This document shows, one piece after another, positions 26,355-32,000 of a DNA stretch of 32,000 bases. Where the stretch lies: the NCBI GenBank assembly GCA_046497275.1, contig JAWOFX010000084.1:1-32000 (forward strand). Reading direction: 5' to 3'. The first letter of the stretch is position 1; every line of letters starts with the position of its first letter. The DNA is from Promethearchaeia archaeon. GTDB lineage: Archaea > Asgardarchaeota > Lokiarchaeia > Sigyniarchaeales > SOKP01. A program made the translations under genes and the position numbers. The notes beneath the pieces were generated by a model, which worked only from the letters and a program-made list of their open reading frames with translations, was not told the origin of the DNA and did not search any database.

Positions 26355-28535
26355 TTAAATAAAATTTAAGATAGCAAAACCTATCCAATTAATCGCCCCT
26401 CCAATCAACAAAGCGATAGCAATTTCTAGTAAACTTACTTGAATCGCATATTTCCAGTTTGTTTCGCGAGCAATAATAATAATTGTTGCGAAACAGGGAA
26501 TATAAAGCATATATACTAGACAGAATGTAATCATTTGTAAGGGAGTAAACAATTCAGGAATACTTAAACCATATATTCCAGCAATAACACCTAGTAAGCT
26601 TATAGTTAACTCCTTTCTTAGAATGCCATAAATCAAGAAAATCCCTATAATGGATGGTAATCCTAAAAAGACCGTAATTGGCCACAAAATTAAATTTACG
26701 GGATCAAGAAGATTAAAGACATACATAATTTCTAAAACCAATCCGATTAATACAATAATTGGTATTGCCTTAAAGATAAATTCTTTAGTTCGAAGCCAAG
26801 TTTGTTTTAAAATTACACTTGTATTTGGCATTCGATATTCATGCATTTCCATAATTAACTCAGTCGATTTTCCAGGCATTGTTCTATTTAAAATTTTACC
26901 AATTAAAATTATTACTAAAAAATTAATAAGGAACAACACCAAAACCCATGAAAAACCAAGGTATCTCCCAACTATACCAGTGACTACGGCCGTTACAGCA
27001 GCGCAAGGGACTAACGAGGTTAATGCGATAGAGATTTTTTTCTCTCGCTCTGTTTCCATTATCCTACAACCTGCACATGCAGGAACATTACAACCAAAAC
27101 CTAAAATCATAGGTATTATTGATTTTCCATGAATTCCTAACACATGCATGAATTTATCCATTAAGAATGCGGCACGAGGAAGATATCCAGAATCTTGGAG
27201 AATTTCAATGATTAAGAAAAATGGTATCACTAGTACTAATACGCCTGCTATCGCTCCAAATAATCCACCAACGGCTCCATCCCATAATATTATCACCCAA
27301 AAATTATCGGAAGAATAAACATTATATATAAACGTGGTCATGATATTAAAAAAGCTCTCAATATACCCACCCAAAAAATCTCCTACGCTGAATGTAAAAT
27401 AATAGGTTCCAACAAGAACAAATATTAATATTATATATCCCCAGAAGGAATGGGTGGTTATGTGATCAATAATATCTGTTAAATTTTTCTTCTTTATATC
27501 ATCTTTAGATTTAATTATGAGAATTTCATCCATTGCTTTATTGATATTATTATAAATTTCTGATGAAATAATTGTCGATATATCTTCTCCATGCAATTCT
27601 TCTAAATATTGGCGACATCTATCTGCTTCATATAGAATCTCACAAGTTTCTTCTTTCGCTTCGAACAATCTTTTTATTTCTTCATCATTTTCAAGGATTT
27701 TGATTGCTAGAAATCTTTTCGGATAATTGAATTGGGAAACATAATCCTCGCATTCATTAATTTTCTTCATTATTGATTGAATTTTTAATTCTATCTCCTT
27801 TCCAAAATGCAACATATGTGAAAGATCTGGAAATTGATAGATTTCTCTAAGAGTGGTACAAGACTCAAGTTTTTCAATAAATTGTTCTTTTGAAAGAAGG
27901 TATTGTGGATGATGATTTCTCCATCGTCCAAGTTGATGGTCTTTATGATGTGGATGAAAATCTTGACAAGCTAAAAATTCTATGGATTCTTCTAGTAATT
28001 CATGAACTCCCTTCCCATGTACAGCAACAGTGGGAATAACTGGTACTTTAAAAATCTCCTCCATTTTTTCAAAGTTAATCTCAATATTTCTTTTCCTCAA
28101 AATATCCATCTGATTAAGACATATAATTATAGGAATTTTTAATTCAAGTAACTGAAAGGTGAGAAAGAGATTTCGCTCAAGATTAGTCGCATCTACAACA
28201 TTTATAATGATATCTACATCTCCAGATACAAGATATTCTCTACTCACGATTTCTTCAAGTGAATATGTGGATAGACTATAAATCCCTGGGAGGTCAACAA
28301 TATTAAAACGAAAACCCATAAAATCTAATTCTCCCATTTTACGCTCAACAGTCTTCCCTGGCCAATTGCCTATTGTTTGAGAAAGCCCGGTTAATTGATT
28401 AAAAATAACAGACTTTCCAACATTAGGATTTCCCGCCAAAGCAATATTTATTTTCCTGTGCTTTTTAAAATGGTTTTTTGCAAGATGGGTAAATTCTCCT
28501 CTTTTATGATGGAAATGTAAATGTTCTTTTTTCAT
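26355..28535 (-). CDS. feoB: Ferrous iron transporter FeoB
   Basis: GNPNVGKS, GNWPGKTVE, DLPGIYSL, NQMD, GFGCNVPA, C-terminal LYIPC, and multiple TM helices. ATG 28535 is preferred over 28574. Confidence 0.95.
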   Translation of the reverse strand: MKKEHLHFHHKRGEFTHLAKNHFKKHRKINIALAGNPNVGKSVIFNQLTGLSQTIGNWPGKTVERKMGELDFMGFRFNIVDLPGIYSLSTYSLEEIVSREYLVSGDVDIIINVVDATNLERNLFLTFQLLELKIPIIICLNQMDILRKRNIEINFEKMEEIFKVPVIPTVAVHGKGVHELLEESIEFLACQDFHPHHKDHQLGRWRNHHPQYLLSKEQFIEKLESCTTLREIYQFPDLSHMLHFGKEIELKIQSIMKKINECEDYVSQFNYPKRFLAIKILENDEEIKRLFEAKEETCEILYEADRCRQYLEELHGEDISTIISSEIYNNINKAMDEILIIKSKDDIKKKNLTDIIDHITTHSFWGYIILIFVLVGTYYFTFSVGDFLGGYIESFFNIMTTFIYNVYSSDNFWVIILWDGAVGGLFGAIAGVLVLVIPFFLIIEILQDSGYLPRAAFLMDKFMHVLGIHGKSIIPMILGFGCNVPACAGCRIMETEREKKISIALTSLVPCAAVTAVVTGIVGRYLGFSWVLVLFLINFLVIILIGKILNRTMPGKSTELIMEMHEYRMPNTSVILKQTWLRTKEFIFKAIPIIVLIGLVLEIMYVFNLLDPVNLILWPITVFLGLPSIIGIFLIYGILRKELTISLLGVIAGIYGLSIPELFTPLQMITFCLVYMLYIPCFATIIIIARETNWKYAIQVSLLEIAIALLIGGAINWIGFAILNFI

Positions 28536-28703
28536 TTTCCTAATCTCACTGTGAGGTTTAGTTATACAATTCAAATAAAATTATCTTATATTCGGCTTAA
28601 ACTTTAAGTTCCATATTCCTATTCAATATATAACATTAAATTATGCATCATAATCTTAAAAGTTCTAAATCCTAGTGTTCAATATTTTCTATCATTTAAA
28701 TAA

Positions 28704-28719
28704 TTTAGGTATATCTAAA
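28704..28719. promoter_or_regulatory. Putative DtxR/MntR-family metal-regulator operator upstream of feoB
   Basis: TTTAGGTATATCTAAA, a near-palindrome about 170 nt upstream of feoB. A second copy of the architecture lies upstream of feoA. Confidence 0.6.
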
Positions 28720-29217
28720 GTGAGGTTTTTTTACTTTTATTAGATTTATCTTAGCTATTTATTCTCTATAAGTTATCGCTTATTATCTCTTTATTATTAT
28801 TCTAAATACTACAGATGGGTCTCTGGATGATTATTTAGAGTCTTTTTAAAAGAGGAAAGATTAGGAAAATAAAGATTTTATGTAAATAAAAAAAGGAAAT
28901 CTAGCGTTATTTTTAATTTTTCAAATAGATTAAATCAATTATCTTTAATCATCTCATTTTTATCGGTTATTTCACCACAAAGACATAATTTTTATGTTAT
29001 AAGACAAATTAAATTATTAAAAGAATTATAAATGTTTGATTATTAGCGTGTAATGAGTTTTTTTAGAATTAAATGCAAAACAATTAAATAAGTATAGTTT
29101 TTATTTTTTAATATCCAATTACCGAATAGTTTTTCTGTCCCTATTGATATAAAAATCAAGCTTATAAATTATTTTTAATGAAAACAAGAATAGTATCTTA
29201 AATTTCAGGAGATGTAA

Positions 29218-29583
29218 ATGGTTTCGATATTCATAGTTGAGGATGACGAGTCTTTATTAAACTTGTATAAGAAAGCTTTAAACTTGAATGGTCACGAGGT
29301 CATTGCTTATGCTAAAGATGGGGAGGAGGCAATAAACACTTTTAAAAAGCTTGAGAAAAAACCAGATGTAATTTTAATGGATCATAGGATGCCAGTTAAA
29401 AATGGATTAGAAGCCGCTAGGGAGATTTTAGCGATTGATAGTGATATAAATATAATTTTTGCGAGCGCTGATAAAAGTGTGAAGGAAAAAGCTCTATCTT
29501 TAGGTATAAAAAGTTTTAAAGATAAACCATTTACGCTTAATCGTTTATTTAAAAATATAGAAAAAGCACTGGACAGTCATTAA
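29218..29583 (+). CDS. Stand-alone response-regulator receiver (CheY-like)
   Basis: IVEDD, ILMDHRMP (phospho-Asp), NG, ASA, KPF. GGAG RBS. Confidence 0.93.
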   Translation: MVSIFIVEDDESLLNLYKKALNLNGHEVIAYAKDGEEAINTFKKLEKKPDVILMDHRMPVKNGLEAAREILAIDSDINIIFASADKSVKEKALSLGIKSFKDKPFTLNRLFKNIEKALDSH

Positions 29584-29661
29584 AGTTAAAATTATTATAT
29601 TTATTGATAACGGATAAATTGAAAAATCAAATTATTCTTAATTATTAATTTTTAGATAATT

Positions 29662-29964
29662 CTAATTAGTACATGTTCCATTTGTACATTTTACAATAAC
29701 TTTTGCAGCCAAACCCCTTCCTAAAACAATATTGGTTCCTTTTACAATTACTTCAACAGGACCACGGAAAGGAGCAGCACGAGATTTCCGTATCTCAACG
29801 CCGGGAACTATTCCGAGGTTTGCTAATCTTTGTTTTGCTCCTCTGCCGGCATTAACAGAAGAAACTACCACTTTATCGCCTGTGGAACATTCAGTTAAAC
29901 ATCTTAAAAGAGTGCTAGTATTTTTGGAATCTACTGTCATGATTTTTTCCATCTTTTGAAACAA
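29662..29964 (-). CDS. feoA: Ferrous iron transport protein FeoA
   Basis: RLANLGIVPG, APFRGPVEV.VKG...LGRG.A..V.V. Start may be ATG 29952 or 29940. Confidence 0.92.
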   Translation of the reverse strand: MFQKMEKIMTVDSKNTSTLLRCLTECSTGDKVVVSSVNAGRGAKQRLANLGIVPGVEIRKSRAAPFRGPVEVIVKGTNIVLGRGLAAKVIVKCTNGTCTN

Positions 29965-30131
29965 GATTATAAAAGAGATTTAAGAATAATTATTCAAAAT
30001 CAAACATATTATTTCTTTTTCACTTTATGTTATAATTATTAGCATTTAAATTTTTAGATTATGATATATATTCCTTCTAATTAATTTAAATGATTTATCT
30101 AAAAGAGAATCTATACTTAAAAACTTATCAA

Positions 30132-30147
30132 TTTAGTTTAAACTAAA
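30132..30147. promoter_or_regulatory. Putative DtxR/MntR-family operator upstream of feoA
   Basis: TTTAGTTTAAACTAAA, a perfect palindrome with the same TTTAG-N6-CTAAA layout and a similar distance from the gene as the feoB box. Confidence 0.6.
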
Positions 30148-30150
30148 ATG

Positions 30151-30179
30151 ACTCCTTAAATTGAAGTAATTTGAGGAGT
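30151..30179. other. 12-bp inverted repeat / hairpin
   Basis: ACTCCTTAAATT-GAAGT-AATTTGAGGAGT (one G-T wobble), 3 nt from the feoA operator. Confidence 0.4.
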
Positions 30180-30284
30180 GAGTTCTATCATCAATATTAT
30201 TAAACTTATAATTTAGTAAATATATGAAAAAATTTTATATGACATTTAGAATAAAATGTGAATAATAAAAAGAATATAGATATC

Positions 30285-30434
30285 TTATTTATACTTTTTA
30301 TCCCATTCTTTTTGTTTTTTTACTGGGTCATCTCTAATTTCACATTTTTTATGAATCATATCTTGCATTTCAAGGGTTTTATCTAATAAATCGTCAAGTT
30401 CATCATCAGAAATCTCTTCTTCTTTTTCAGTCAT
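30285..30434 (-). CDS. 49-aa acidic small protein, not in ORF track
   Basis: MTEKEEEISDDELDDLLDKTLEMQDMIHKKCEIRDDPVKKQKEWDKKYK*. Protein-like composition; fills an otherwise empty gap. Confidence 0.6.
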   Translation of the reverse strand: MTEKEEEISDDELDDLLDKTLEMQDMIHKKCEIRDDPVKKQKEWDKKYK

Positions 30435-30643
30435 AGTTAAAATCAAAATCTGTATTATGATTAGAATCCATTTAAAACTAATAAGCTTTATTTTTATATG
30501 CTATATATTAAGTTATGAGAAAATGTTCAAATCTTAATAATAATTATTTAAACCTATATGAAATATCAATGAAACTCAAATTACTTCATTTATTCTTATA
30601 CTTATAAAAAAAAGATATATAACATATTTAAAAGGTTTCAAAT

Positions 30644-32000
30644 TTGAGTGATTTAGAAGGATTAACGAGAAATTTACTCCAGAAAGGATATTCAGATAAT
30701 AAAATAATTAAACGATTAATTCAGGAATATGTTGATTTTAAAGAAATTAGTGAAGAAAAAGCAAAAATTCTTGCTGAAGCTGTTTTAGAGGAATGCAAAA
30801 AAAGTGATATTTCATCTATTTCTGATCCATTTATAAAAAATTTGCTTTCAATAAATAATGCGGGCATTACGATAGGAGATCAAGGTGTAGGATGTCGTGG
30901 TGCGGGGGACTTCTTTGTTCACAAGATGATAAGTGAATTTTCGGATGCTGGAATTGAGGCATATTTATCTCCTAAATCTTTGGATGATGCAGGGGCAGTG
31001 CTTTTAAAGGATTTTAAATTAATAAAAAAAATGCTTAAGAAGCAAGGAGAAAATTTGATAATTGTTTCTAAAATGGAGGGAATCCATTCTCGTCTGAGTG
31101 ATTTCCCATTTATATGTGGTTTTCATGTTACGAGGGCTGCTCTCCGAGATTTATATGTGAAAGGAGCTATACCAATTTCGATATTAGTTGACGTTCATTT
31201 AGGAGATGATGCTGATGTAGGAAAACTATTTGATTTTATGTCTGGAATTACTGCAGTATGCCAATTATCTAAAGTTCCCTTAACAGCTGGATCTACTCTT
31301 CGTATTGGAGGTGATATGGTAATCGGGAATCGCCTAACTGGAGGAATTGGAGGAGTGGGTATTGCAGGTTCTAATCTTTTTGCGAGGAGAAATATAAATC
31401 CCGATGATAGAATCTTAATGACGGAGGGAGCAGGAGGAGGAACTATCTCAACAACAGCTATTTATTCGGGAAATCATGAAGTTGTAAAAGAAACAATGAA
31501 TATCAAATTCTTGGAGGCATGTAATATAATTTTAAATTCAGAATATAAAAATGGAATTCATGCAATGTGTGATGTGACCAATGGAGGATTAAGAGGGGAT
31601 CTCTATGAAATCAATTATGAATCCAATTGTGGAGTCACAATTTACGAGGAGGATATTAGAAAATTAGTAAATACTAAAGTATTAGATCTATTAGAAAACG
31701 TAGGAGTTGATTATTTAGGAGTATCTCTAGATGCTCTTCTGATATATTGCTCAAAAGAGGTAGAAGAGAAAATTATTAGTGATTTAACTAAAAACAATAT
31801 CAATTGCGTCGAAATTGGATATGTAGATGATTCAAAAGAAGTGAATATGGTTTTTGAGGATAAAAAGAGTAAAAAAATATTACCAAAATTTAGAGAATCG
31901 GCATATACTAAAATTAAACAAGAAATAGGGGAAGAAACTCCGGAGAAAAAAGAAATAATGGAAAATAGAATTGAAAAAATCGCTTCAAAAGCTTTAGAAA
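30644..32000 (+). CDS. AIR-synthase-related protein (PurM/HypE/ThiL superfamily, archaeal family), truncated by window end
   Basis: Manual translation from TTG 30644: MSDLEG...GVGCRGAGDFFVH...LDDAG...MEGIHSRLSDFPF..GFHVTRAALRD...DVTNGGLRGD...FRESAYT. Open to the window edge. Confidence 0.85.
   Translation, partial: MSDLEGLTRNLLQKGYSDNKIIKRLIQEYVDFKEISEEKAKILAEAVLEECKKSDISSISDPFIKNLLSINNAGITIGDQGVGCRGAGDFFVHKMISEFSDAGIEAYLSPKSLDDAGAVLLKDFKLIKKMLKKQGENLIIVSKMEGIHSRLSDFPFICGFHVTRAALRDLYVKGAIPISILVDVHLGDDADVGKLFDFMSGITAVCQLSKVPLTAGSTLRIGGDMVIGNRLTGGIGGVGIAGSNLFARRNINPDDRILMTEGAGGGTISTTAIYSGNHEVVKETMNIKFLEACNIILNSEYKNGIHAMCDVTNGGLRGDLYEINYESNCGVTIYEEDIRKLVNTKVLDLLENVGVDYLGVSLDALLIYCSKEVEEKIISDLTKNNINCVEIGYVDDSKEVNMVFEDKKSKKILPKFRESAYTKIKQEIGEETPEKKEIMENRIEKIASKALE

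Noticed and set aside
2381-29065. Repeated ATGAGTTTTTTTA at 2381 and 29053
   Set aside because: It is a low-complexity 13-mer with unrelated flanks, likely chance in AT-rich DNA.
715-29959. Antisense or alternate-frame ORFs in the track (e.g. 715-954, 1470-1895, 9581-9919, 13773-14075, 17903-18253, 19137-19475, 26650-27132, 29732-29959)
   Set aside because: They lie fully within well-supported genes on the opposite strand or in another frame and show no motifs, so they are shadow ORFs.
30151-30179. Eukaryote-type iron-responsive element
   Set aside because: The loop is GAAGU (or ACUUC on the other strand), not CAGUGN, and there is no bulged C.
1-32000. CRISPR array, IS element, integrase or defence island
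   Set aside because: By-eye reading found no regularly spaced direct repeats, transposase/integrase motifs or terminal inverted repeats. The lone EVE and NTase genes lack effector partners.

Overview
AT-rich archaeal chromosomal window, most consistent with an Asgard (Lokiarchaeia-like) genome. This placement is an inference from archaeal-type gene families, GGTGA/GAGGT ribosome-binding motifs, a stand-alone receiver protein and a glycyl-radical locus; no marker gene was checked. The dominant theme is C1-cofactor biosynthesis: mptA, an amidohydrolase-arfC-cofG-cofH operon, a DUF1464 + dihydropteroate-synthase-like pair, DUF447, mptD and mptG. Also present are ftsZ, endonuclease Q, a Mo-cofactor oxidoreductase, a cold-shock-domain/DEAD-box helicase fusion, a three-gene glycyl-radical-enzyme operon, an EVE protein, split feoA/feoB genes and a truncated AIR-synthase-related gene. 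I found four genes missing from the ORF track: a Zn-ribbon protein at 2385-2660, a 58-aa paralog at 5116-5292, a 49-aa acidic protein at 30285-30434 and the gene running off the right edge. The most notable observations are: (i) four genes that appear to start at ATT behind a consistently spaced Shine-Dalgarno motif; (ii) a deaminase-type amidohydrolase positioned to be the missing archaeal riboflavin/F420 pyrimidine deaminase; (iii) an eliminase-type glycyl radical enzyme co-transcribed with a tandem split-barrel flavin/F420 protein; (iv) a pair of unannotated tandem small-protein paralogs; (v) matching TTTAG-N6-CTAAA operators upstream of both feoA and feoB. I saw no rRNA, tRNA, CRISPR array or transposase.
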